Shown piece after piece: positions 21,138 through 28,998 of a stretch of 64,000 nt of DNA. Each line of letters opens with the position of its first letter. Within the stretch, counting starts at the first letter, position 1. The notes beneath the pieces were generated by a model. That model was not told the origin of the DNA. It saw nothing but the letters and a program-made list of their open reading frames with translations, and searched no databases. The stretch comes from an uncultured Mycobacterium sp. (lineage in GTDB: Bacteria > Actinomycetota > Actinomycetes > Mycobacteriales > Mycobacteriaceae), in NCBI GenBank assembly GCA_964387245.1, contig CAYLWH010000002.1, positions 14,198 through 78,197 of the forward strand, in the 5' to 3' direction. Both the position numbers and the translations under genes were made by a program.

Positions 21138-22874
21138 TTAAACGGCACCTTCGTCTGACGCCGGAACCCGCTCCACGACCATGCCCAAGCGCTCGGGAAC
21201 GTGCATGCGCGCAAAGCTCCGCGCGACGTCCGGGGGCACGGTGGCCGCGGACAACCTGCTCGCCAACACCATCGTCAGGAACGCGATGGGCACGGTGAGC
21301 GCGGCGGGATAGCCCACCAGTGCCGCGAGCCAGCCGCCCAGGGCGTCGTCGCTGACGACGCCGGCGACGGCCAGGGTGGCCGCGGTGCCCGACGTCGTGC
21401 CGCCGACCGCGAGACCGCAGATCGCTCCGGTCGCAGTCAGGCCGCGCCACCAGATTCCCAGCACCAGAAGGGGGCACAGGGTGGATGCGGCGACGGCGAA
21501 CACCAGTCCCACGTTGCGCGACAACTCCAGCGACGACGCCGCCAACGCGAGCGGGACGGGTATCAGCCCGCCGATCAGGGCGGCAACGCGGAAGTCTCGG
21601 ACCCGCCCGGGTAACACGTCTGTTGCCAGTGCGCCGGCGATACTCACCAGCAGGCCCGACGAGGTCGCCAGGAACGCGGCGATCGCCCCGGCCGCCACCA
21701 GTGCCGACATGGCGGTGCCGAAAGCTCCGCCGATCGCCGCGCCGGGCAGCAGCAGCACGGCCGCATCGGCGGTGCCCGTAATGAGCAGCTGCGGGACGTA
21801 GAACCTCGCGAACACCCCGAGCAGGGTGGGAAAAAGATAGAAGACCGACAGCAGTGCGATCACCGCCAGGGCGGTGCGCCGGGCCGCGCGGCCGTCCGGG
21901 TTGGTGTAGAAGCGTACCAGCACATGCGGGAGGCCCATGGTGCCCAGAAAAGTCGCCGCGATGAGTGAAAGCACTTGGTAGAGAGGATGTTTACCGCCCA
22001 GTCCAGCACCGGAGGACAGCCATTGGTCCCCGGTGGCCGGGGCTCCCGCCACCACCGGGGTGCTCGCCCCGGCGGCCAGCGTCAGGGTGCTGCCCTGATG
22101 CAGGGTGTAGCGGCCGGGCGCGTGCAGCGCGGCGCCGTCGATCGTCACACCCGCCGGACGGGCGACCTGGACCACGACATCGGTTTCGATCGCGACGCTG
22201 GTCTGCTGCTCGACTGTCGGTGGCAGCGGCCCGCCGAGGACCGGGCGATCGGCCAGGAACAGCGCGGCCAGCGCGATTGTCGGCACCGCGATGGCGGTGA
22301 GCTTGAGCCAGTACTGGAATGCCTGCACGAACGTGATGGATCGCATGCCGCCGCCGACGACGTTGGCGATGACGATCGCGCCGACGGCCACCGGGCCGAT
22401 CCATACCGGCACGCCCAGAAGTATTTTCAGGGTCAGGCCCGCGCCCTGGTACTGCGGCACCAGGTAGAGCACGCAGATGATGACGACGACGAGCATCGCG
22501 ACGGTGCGCACGCGCGCGGAGCCGAGTCGGAACTCGGCGAAATCGGGCACCGTGTAGGCGCCGGACCGGCGTAGCGGAGCCGACACGAACAGCAGCAGGC
22601 CCAGGTAGCCCGCGGTGAACCCCACCGGGTACCACAGAGCGTCCGCACCGTACTTGGCCACCAGCCCAGCGACACCGAGAAATGAGGCGGCCGAGAGGTA
22701 TTCGCCGGATATCGCCGCGGCATTCCACCTGGGTCCCACGGTTCGGGAGGCAACCAGGAAGTCCGAAGTCGTGCGCGAAAGCCGGCCGCCGTACGCGCCG
22801 ACCAGCACGGTGGCGACCGCCGCGCCCAGGATTGCCGCCGCGGTCGCGAGCACGTCCGGCGAGGTGGCGGTCAC
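21138..22874 (-). CDS. solute:sodium symporter family transporter with enlarged extracytoplasmic loop
   Basis: 578 aa. DFLVASRTVGPRWNAAAISGEYLSAASFLG and GLPHVLVRFYT. The loop before the latter motif is ~40 aa longer than in the adjacent ActP. GTG overlaps the upstream stop. Confidence 0.88.
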   Translation of the reverse strand: MTATSPDVLATAAAILGAAVATVLVGAYGGRLSRTTSDFLVASRTVGPRWNAAAISGEYLSAASFLGVAGLVAKYGADALWYPVGFTAGYLGLLLFVSAPLRRSGAYTVPDFAEFRLGSARVRTVAMLVVVIICVLYLVPQYQGAGLTLKILLGVPVWIGPVAVGAIVIANVVGGGMRSITFVQAFQYWLKLTAIAVPTIALAALFLADRPVLGGPLPPTVEQQTSVAIETDVVVQVARPAGVTIDGAALHAPGRYTLHQGSTLTLAAGASTPVVAGAPATGDQWLSSGAGLGGKHPLYQVLSLIAATFLGTMGLPHVLVRFYTNPDGRAARRTALAVIALLSVFYLFPTLLGVFARFYVPQLLITGTADAAVLLLPGAAIGGAFGTAMSALVAAGAIAAFLATSSGLLVSIAGALATDVLPGRVRDFRVAALIGGLIPVPLALAASSLELSRNVGLVFAVAASTLCPLLVLGIWWRGLTATGAICGLAVGGTTSGTAATLAVAGVVSDDALGGWLAALVGYPAALTVPIAFLTMVLASRLSAATVPPDVARSFARMHVPERLGMVVERVPASDEGAV

Positions 22875-23257
22875 GGTTCGTCCGTCCCGTCCTCGACGAT
22901 GCCGATGAAATCGCGCTCACCCTGTTCGGCCAGCCGCACATAGAGCCGCCCGAGCGCGTAGAACATCGGATACAGCAAAACGCCCAAGATCAGCCAGTTG
23001 GCTCGGAGGCCGAACACGGTCAGCGCTTCGAACTCGGGAAAGGTGTTTCCCAGCAACGGGATCGCGACAACGACGCACATCACCACCGCAGCCAGTCGCA
23101 GCGCCAGACCCAGCTGAGCACGCACCAGTCCACGCACCAGGGCGTCACCGACTTCGGTCTGTTCCTGAACCTCGACGCGGGTACGCACCATTCGTGCGCC
23201 GCGTCTGTGCGCGAGGACGACCCGCTGGCGCTGGGGTGGGGACGGACTATTCGTCAT
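22871..23257 (-). CDS. small 2-TM membrane protein (divergent DUF485-like symporter partner)
   Basis: ATG at 23257 overlaps the response-regulator 3-prime end by 11 nt; an alternative ATG is at 23191. Two hydrophobic helices (LALRLAAVVMCVVVAIPLL, WLILGVLLYPMFYALGRLY). The stop overlaps the symporter GTG. Confidence 0.65.
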   Translation of the reverse strand: MTNSPSPPQRQRVVLAHRRGARMVRTRVEVQEQTEVGDALVRGLVRAQLGLALRLAAVVMCVVVAIPLLGNTFPEFEALTVFGLRANWLILGVLLYPMFYALGRLYVRLAEQGERDFIGIVEDGTDEP

Positions 23258-24032
23258 CTGAACCCGGACGGTAATTGCGCATGGGTTCACGTACCAGGCG
23301 GTCGCGGAGTTCGCGGGTCTGGCGCCGGCTGGCGGGCAGCTCGATCGCCGGCGACACCCCGTTCTCCCGGATGCGCACGAGTATCCCGCCGTCGATGTTG
23401 CGCAACCCGGTGACGAAACGCAGTGCCACCAGATAGGACCGGTGGATACGCAGGAAACCCACATTGCGCCAACGGGTCTCGAGTGTTGCCAGTGGTATCC
23501 GCACCAGATGGGAGCCTGACGAGGAGTGCAGGCGCGCGTATCCGCCGTCGGCCTCCACCCAGCCGATGCTCTCCCGCCGGACCAGCTGGGTCACTCCGGC
23601 CAGCTCAACGGGAATTACTTCATTGGCCTTGTCGGAGAACGACTCTGACGCGGACACGGTGGGCGGCGTGGCGGCGACGCGTCGCACCGCCTCGTCCAGG
23701 CGTTCGGCGCGCAGGGGTTTGAGCAGATAGTCGGCGGCGCCCACGTCGAACGCGGCCACCGCCCTGTCTTCGTGCGCGGTCACGAAGACCACCGCGGGCG
23801 GATTGGCGAAATTGGCCAGAACGCCTGCCAGTTCGAGTCCGGACAGTCCGGGCATGTTGATGTCCAGGAAGATCGCATCGATGCGGTGCTCGGCCAGTTC
23901 CCGCAGCGCGGCGTTGGCGTCGCTGACCCCGTATACGGCCCCGATTCGGTCGTTGGCGTTCAGCAGGTACATGAGCTCGTCGAGGGCGGGCGATTCGTCG
24001 TCGACGGCGAGCACGTCCAGCAGTCGAGTCAC
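23247..24032 (-). CDS. LytR/AlgR-family response regulator (REC + LytTR DNA-binding domain)
   Basis: 261 aa. VLAVDDESPALDEL...DAIFLDINMPGLSGLELA receiver, and a C-terminal LytTR region (IPVE...V....I.WVEADGGYARLH...HRSYLV). GGAGG is upstream of the GTG. Confidence 0.9.
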   Translation of the reverse strand: MTRLLDVLAVDDESPALDELMYLLNANDRIGAVYGVSDANAALRELAEHRIDAIFLDINMPGLSGLELAGVLANFANPPAVVFVTAHEDRAVAAFDVGAADYLLKPLRAERLDEAVRRVAATPPTVSASESFSDKANEVIPVELAGVTQLVRRESIGWVEADGGYARLHSSSGSHLVRIPLATLETRWRNVGFLRIHRSYLVALRFVTGLRNIDGGILVRIRENGVSPAIELPASRRQTRELRDRLVREPMRNYRPGSDDE

Positions 24033-24047
24033 CTGGGCACCTCCGCG

Positions 24048-25226
24048 CTAGACGTGGACACCTGCCCGGAACTTGGGCACCCGCATCACGACCTTGGTGC
24101 CCGCGCCGGACGCCGTCTCAACCACCAGACCGTAGTCGTTGCCGAATGCGGCCCGCAGCCGATGGTCGACATTGGTCAGGCCCACATGCGCGTTCTGCTC
24201 GGGGTCGGTGTCCAGCGCGTCGGCGTGCGCGGAGCGCAGCGCCTCGGGATCCATCCCGACGCCGTCATCCTCGACGCTGATCACGCAATCGCTGCCTTCG
24301 TCGCGTGCGATCAGGGTGATACTGCCGCCGCGACGGCCGGCCAGTCCATGTCGGATGGCGTTCTCCACCAAGGGTTGTAGCGCGAGGAAAGGCACGACGA
24401 CGTTGAGTACCTCCGGGGCCACCTGCAGCCTGACGTCGAGTGCCGAGCCGAAGCGGGCGCGTTCGAGCGTGACGTAACGGTCGATGTTGGTCAGTTCGTC
24501 GGCAAGCAGGGTGTAGGGGCCGGCGGCGCGAAACGAGTACCGGGTGAAGTCGGCGAAGTCCAGAATGAGTTCCCGGGCGCGGTCGGGGTCTGTGCGGACG
24601 AACGAGGCGATGGTGTTGAGCGCGTTGTACACGAAGTGTGGGCTGATTTGGGCGCGCAGCGCCAGTACCTCGGCGCGGTCGAGTCGGGCGCGTGAGGCGT
24701 CGAGTTCGGTCAACTCCAGTTGGCTGGTCGCGTAGCGGGCGACTTCGTCGACGGCGCCCAGCATTCCAGGTCCGGGTCGGCTCGGACTGACCACCACCAG
24801 CACGCCCAGAACGTCGCTGTCGTCGGGTAGCAGGGGTTGCGCGACCAGGGCGGGAGCCGCGTCGGACAACACCCGCCGGCGATCGGTTGCGGCCCGCTGT
24901 GCCGCACGTTCGCTGCGATTCAGGATGTCGGTGGTCCACAGCCCGTCGGCGGGATCGTGGGCGAGCAGATTCCCCTCGGTGTCGTAGAGTGCGACGCCCT
25001 GGGCACCGGTCAACTCCCTCAGGTGCGGTACCGCCGACCTGGCGGATTCGGCGTTCAGTCCCTTGCGCAGCGCCCGTGCGGCCTTGGCCGCGGTGTGCAG
25101 GGTGGCGTGCACCGCGCGCTCTGCCGGTGTCGCCACCACCCGCCGGGTTCGGACCACGATGACGGCCGCGACGACGGCGCCGATCAGCAGCAGACCCGCC
25201 AGCGCGACGGCCAATTCGCCGGACAT
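24048..25226 (-). CDS. LytS/YehU-type sensor histidine kinase with single N-terminal TM helix and GAF-like domain
   Basis: ISPHFVYNALNTIASFVRTDPDRARELILDFADFTRYSF (His_kinase PF06580-type H-box) plus an HATPase region (ENAIRHG...GAGTKVVM). Only one hydrophobic segment at the N-terminus, so there is no 5TM-Lyt sensor. Confidence 0.88.
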   Translation of the reverse strand: MSGELAVALAGLLLIGAVVAAVIVVRTRRVVATPAERAVHATLHTAAKAARALRKGLNAESARSAVPHLRELTGAQGVALYDTEGNLLAHDPADGLWTTDILNRSERAAQRAATDRRRVLSDAAPALVAQPLLPDDSDVLGVLVVVSPSRPGPGMLGAVDEVARYATSQLELTELDASRARLDRAEVLALRAQISPHFVYNALNTIASFVRTDPDRARELILDFADFTRYSFRAAGPYTLLADELTNIDRYVTLERARFGSALDVRLQVAPEVLNVVVPFLALQPLVENAIRHGLAGRRGGSITLIARDEGSDCVISVEDDGVGMDPEALRSAHADALDTDPEQNAHVGLTNVDHRLRAAFGNDYGLVVETASGAGTKVVMRVPKFRAGVHV

Positions 25227-25346
25227 GTGGGTGAGACTAGTACCGCCCAAACGTACGTTGGGATCGGAAAGTGCGAGTGGCAGCCGCCAAAACGTCGATC
25301 TCGGCGGGAATAGACTGTGCCGTATAGCCCCGTGCTCGACGGTTGC

Positions 25347-25649
25347 CTACTGAATGGGGCAGGCGTATTTACTGGCCACGTCCATCACCCGCTGCTGTGC
25401 TCCCGGGCCGATAACCCCTTGAGCAGCCAGTTCCAAACCGATGTATCCCGGTATGCCGCCTACACACGCCTGGTGAGCGACGCGCCACGCAGTGTCTGGG
25501 TTCAAGTGGAATCCATTGCGTTCCAGGCCTTGCATATATTCGTCGAATGCTGGCGTGCCCTGGTCTGGCACCGCATTAGCCATGCCGGCCAAGGCAATCG
25601 CGGTAACTACCGCTGCAGTTAGAGGCGCAACCACACGTCTCATGTCCAT
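25347..25649 (-). CDS. DUF732-like secreted protein
   Basis: Signal peptide MDMRRVVAPLTAAVVTAIALAGMANA. DUF732 pattern F..Y...L...G.......A......C, ending YACP. Confidence 0.65.
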   Translation of the reverse strand: MDMRRVVAPLTAAVVTAIALAGMANAVPDQGTPAFDEYMQGLERNGFHLNPDTAWRVAHQACVGGIPGYIGLELAAQGVIGPGAQQRVMDVASKYACPIQ

Positions 25650-25774
25650 CTCCTACGGGCGTATCCACCGGTTTATCGCCTACACGTTCGCACACTTCAC
25701 CGACCCACACCGCTGAATCGCCCTGGCTCGGACATTCGCCACAATTTCGTCGAACGCGATGCTGTACTGGGCAA

Positions 25775-26130
25775 GTGACTCCAGGGCAATTGGTGCTGGC
25801 CGAACCCGAAGCATGGTCGAGGTTGGACGTCGAGCAGACAGTGACGCACTTCGCGCCGAACTCGGTTTGGGTCGCCAGACCATAGTGACCGTGCACGGTG
25901 TCGATGAGATCCGGCCGGCGGTGAACGACTTGGTTGCCGGGATGACGTTCGCTGAACTCCACCTGGTGAACATCGCCGTCAGCTGCAACGTCGTGCTGAC
26001 CGAGCGGGTCGACGCCTTCAAATTCACGGACGGCGGGGAAATGGCGTTGCCCGTCATGCGAGCACTGGACGTGGCGGACGGCCAGATCACGGCGTGGCAC
26101 GACTGCTACGACCCGGGCTCGCACCGCTGA
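25775..26130 (+). pseudogene. limonene-1,2-epoxide hydrolase / SnoaL-like protein, frameshifted
   Basis: Frame b (GTG 25775) gives VTPGQLVLAEPEAWSRLDVEQTVTHFAPNSVWVARP*, with TAG at 25883-25885. Frame a continues (I)VTVHGVDEIRPAVNDLVAGM...NVVLTERVDAF...DGQITAWHDCYD to 26130. The listed ORF start at 25759 has low GC3 over its first ~40 codons. Confidence 0.55.
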
Positions 26131-26205
26131 CAATCTTGTCTTCCTGGCGGTAAGCACTTCCGCCGTCGACATCCGCAAGGATTTTGCCACCTTAGACTGT
26201 CCTGT

Positions 26206-26775
26206 ATGCCGAACCTGCAGCTAGTTCAAGATCCAGCCGCTGACGCGCTGCTGGACTCCAGCCCGCTGGCGTTGTTGATCGGGATGTTGCTCGATCAGCA
26301 GGTACCGATGGAGACTGCGTTTGCCGGGCCGAAGAAGCTCGCCGACCGCCTCGGCGGTCTCGATGCCGGCCAAATCGCCGACTACGACCCCGACAGGTTC
26401 GCCGCACTGTGTGCGGAAACCCCTGCGGTACACCGCTTTCCGGGATCGATGGCAAAGCGGATCCAGGCGTTGGCTCGCGTGCTGGTCGACGAATTCGACG
26501 GAGATGCCGCCGCGGTGTGGCAGCAGGGCAGTCCGGACGGCCGCGAGGTGCTGGTGCGGCTCAAGCGCCTGCCCGGGTTCGGTGACCAGAAGGCCCGCAT
26601 CTTCCTGGCACTGCTGGGCAAACAGTACGGCCTCGCCGCCGACGGCTGGCGCGAAGCGGCCGGCGATTACGGCAAGGTCGGCTCGTACATGTCGGTCGCC
26701 GACGTTCGCGACCGCGCGTCCCTGGACAAAGTGCGCAGCTACAAGAAGCAGGCCAAGGCGGCGGCCAAGGGCTGA
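26206..26775 (+). CDS. HhH-GPD-type base-excision-repair-fold protein (Rv1156-like)
   Basis: 189 aa. LLIGMLLDQQVPMETAFAGP and LPGFGDQKARIFLALLGKQ helix-hairpin-helix. Lys-rich C-terminus. Confidence 0.75.
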   Translation: MPNLQLVQDPAADALLDSSPLALLIGMLLDQQVPMETAFAGPKKLADRLGGLDAGQIADYDPDRFAALCAETPAVHRFPGSMAKRIQALARVLVDEFDGDAAAVWQQGSPDGREVLVRLKRLPGFGDQKARIFLALLGKQYGLAADGWREAAGDYGKVGSYMSVADVRDRASLDKVRSYKKQAKAAAKG

Positions 26776-26790
26776 CTCTTCGTCACCGAA

Positions 26791-27033
26791 TCACCGAATC
26801 TTGCGGTGCGTCCATGTGCAGACACACCCGCTCGCCGGGGAACTGCGCCATTCGGCTGCGGTCCCCGGGCGAGCGTTGACCTCGATGGATCGGGCCAGTG
26901 CCTGGCGAACCCCGGTCTTGATCGACTCGTTGACGTCGTCGGGGCTCAGCGCGAGCTCATGGATGGCGTAGAGTCCGCGCGGCCAGCCAACGCGCCCGAG
27001 TGCGGGCCACTGCCGAAAGGCGAGCGCGCGCAC
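26791..27033 (-). CDS. hypothetical protein (80 aa)
   Basis: GTG-initiated ORF 40 nt downstream of the Ala/Pro-rich gene, with high GC3. No family recognised, and the C-terminal third looks low quality. Confidence 0.3.
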   Translation of the reverse strand: MRALAFRQWPALGRVGWPRGLYAIHELALSPDDVNESIKTGVRQALARSIEVNARPGTAAEWRSSPASGCVCTWTHRKIR

Positions 27034-27073
27034 CCCGACGGGATGCGCGCGCTCACGGTCGCCGATCTGGTCG

Positions 27074-28147
27074 TTACGGCACCACGGTGGAGCCGATGGT
27101 CGGCATGAACTGGCACTGCTTGTCGGTGGTGGTGACCTGACCGAAGATCGTCGACATGATGCTGCCCGACCCGGTGTCGACGATCGCGGTCAAGGTGGTG
27201 GGCCCATCGGGGTTGATGTCCGAGCGGGGTTTGAGCGTCGCCGTCCCCGACTTACCGGTGGTCAGGTTGACCCAGGTCACGTTCAGCGGCAGCCTCTGCT
27301 CGGCCGCCGGCGCCGATGTGCCGACCGCGGTGAACACGTATGCCGTCTGCCCCGGCGCGGGTCCGGGAGCTGGGATCTTGGCCGGGCCGGCGACCGAGAT
27401 CGCCGTCGCGATCGAGCTGCCCCCGTCAGCAAGGCACCCGTTGCCGATCGACGGGTATAGGAAGTCCTGGGTGACCGGGGCGTCCGGCCCGAACCCCGGC
27501 GCCGGACCGGGGGCCGGCGTGGCGTCGGGCGCTGGCGCGGGAGCCGGGGCCGCTTCCGGCGCCGGAGCGGGTGCCGGGGCGAGTGCGGGTGCGGGCGCCG
27601 CCTCGGGTGCGGGTGCGCTCTGTGGTGCCACCGGCGCCAGTTCCGGCGCGGGTGCGGGGGCCGCCTCGGGGGCCGGAGCCTCGGGTGCCGGGGCCGCCAT
27701 CGGTGCGGCCTCAGGTGCCGGGCCCGCCGCATGCACCGGGTCGATGCCCGGCGCCAGATGCGCCTCGGCGCCGGGAACCACGCCGGCCGGCGGTAAATGC
27801 TCGGTTGCCACCGCGGCCACCGGAGCCGGCAGCACCCCGATCGGTTCCGATACGAATTGGCTGACCGCAGACGCCAGATTCCGCGAATCCGCAGGGGCCG
27901 CAGAGTTTCCGGCGAACGCCGCGGCGGCGGCCATCAGCATGGACGCGGCGTTCGACGGGTCCGATGCCGCCTGCTGGATGGCCGGGCTGAGGGTCTGGAT
28001 TGCCGACAGTCCGGGGGCCTGCAGGCCGCCGATCGGCACCGGCAGGGGTGCCGCGGGATCTGCTCCCGCGACACCTCCGAACAGCAGGGCAGCCGACGAG
28101 CCGACCGCTACGGTGGTGGTCGCCAACAGGGACCGGGTGCGTGACAT
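27074..28147 (-). CDS. secreted Ala/Pro-rich protein (Rv1157c-like)
   Basis: Signal peptide MSRTRSLLATTTVAVGSSAALLFGGVAGA. Central (A/P)APEAAPAP repeats. Globular C-terminal ~130 aa with 2 Cys. Confidence 0.85.
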   Translation of the reverse strand: MSRTRSLLATTTVAVGSSAALLFGGVAGADPAAPLPVPIGGLQAPGLSAIQTLSPAIQQAASDPSNAASMLMAAAAAFAGNSAAPADSRNLASAVSQFVSEPIGVLPAPVAAVATEHLPPAGVVPGAEAHLAPGIDPVHAAGPAPEAAPMAAPAPEAPAPEAAPAPAPELAPVAPQSAPAPEAAPAPALAPAPAPAPEAAPAPAPAPDATPAPGPAPGFGPDAPVTQDFLYPSIGNGCLADGGSSIATAISVAGPAKIPAPGPAPGQTAYVFTAVGTSAPAAEQRLPLNVTWVNLTTGKSGTATLKPRSDINPDGPTTLTAIVDTGSGSIMSTIFGQVTTTDKQCQFMPTIGSTVVP

Positions 28148-28174
28148 CGGTTCGTCCGATCGTTGGGTCGAGGA

Positions 28175-28801
28175 TCAGGGCAGGGCGGACGTCGGGAACA
28201 GTGCCGCCACGCTTGGCATGGGCGATGTCGCGGACGCGGACGGCGCCACGCCGGGCTGGGTGATCGCCGATCCGGCTATGCCCGGCATCAGCGCCGAGAG
28301 GTCGCCGGGAAAGCTCAGCCGCTGCGGCAGCGGAATCGGCAGACCGGGCACCGACGGCAGATTGATCTCACCCGACGGGATGAATCCGGCGAGGGTGGTG
28401 GCCGGCGGGGTGACGAGCGGGGCGGAGACCGGTGTGATACCGGGCAGCGTCGCGGTAGCCGGCGGGGTGAGAGTGGGACCGGTCGCCGGCGCCAGGCCGG
28501 GCAGGGCTGCGGTGGCGGGGATCGCGGCCGGTTGTTGCGGCAGGTTCACCGACGCGCTGGCGAGCGGCGGGGGAGTGACCGGCGCGACCGGAGCGGCGGG
28601 CGCACCCGTCAGAACAGACGAGGCCGCCTGCAACAACTGCGGAGCCTTGGCCGGGTTGAAGAGGTCTTGGATCGCGGCCAGGCCCGGTATCGGCGGCGGT
28701 ATCGGCACCGGATCGGCCTTGGCAATGCCGCCCGTCAGCAGCGCCGCTGATGAGCCCACCAGGATGGCGGTGCTGGTTAAGACGTTCCGGATTCGTGACA
28801 T
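28175..28801 (-). CDS. secreted Ala/Pro-rich protein (Rv1158c-like), paralog of the N-terminal part of 27074-28147
   Basis: Start MSRIRNVLTSTAILVGSSAALLTGGIAKA with GGGAGA SD. The upstream ORF-track extension is Cys/His-rich and AT-rich. Confidence 0.82.
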   Translation of the reverse strand: MSRIRNVLTSTAILVGSSAALLTGGIAKADPVPIPPPIPGLAAIQDLFNPAKAPQLLQAASSVLTGAPAAPVAPVTPPPLASASVNLPQQPAAIPATAALPGLAPATGPTLTPPATATLPGITPVSAPLVTPPATTLAGFIPSGEINLPSVPGLPIPLPQRLSFPGDLSALMPGIAGSAITQPGVAPSASATSPMPSVAALFPTSALP

Positions 28802-28934
28802 GAGTCTCCCAATCGCTGGACAGCAGGTATGAACCGAAGCTAGCGCGTTACTGGTGTGACTCAAGTGACACGTGTGGCATTTATTCAACCGTTACTGACC
28901 CGAGTGACGACGGTGACACCGCAGCTGCCGGGTG

Positions 28935-28972
28935 GCCACCGTTACAGTCTGGTCGCCGCCGTTACAGTCTGG
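28935..28972. repeat. tandem direct repeat, 2 x 18 bp at 20-bp period (GCC[A/G]CCGTTACAGTCTGG)
   Basis: 28935-28952 and 28955-28972 differ at one base. Located 27 nt upstream of the pimE GTG. Two further (G/C)CGTTAC copies lie at 28845-28851 and 28889-28895. Confidence 0.85.
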
Positions 28973-28998
28973 GCATAGACATCCTCAGCCGATCGGTC

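Noticed and set aside
25576-26190. 204-aa minus-strand ORF, and 25680-26090, opposite the LEH-like gene.
   Set aside because: No motifs, with a Cys/His/Arg-rich composition. The plus strand carries clear LEH/SnoaL hallmarks.
27480-27740. GC-rich quasi-repetitive DNA (GCCGGGGCC/GGTGCGGG units) as a possible VNTR or non-coding repeat.
   Set aside because: It is the coding sequence of the (A/P)APEAAPAP low-complexity region of the Ala/Pro-rich protein on the minus strand.
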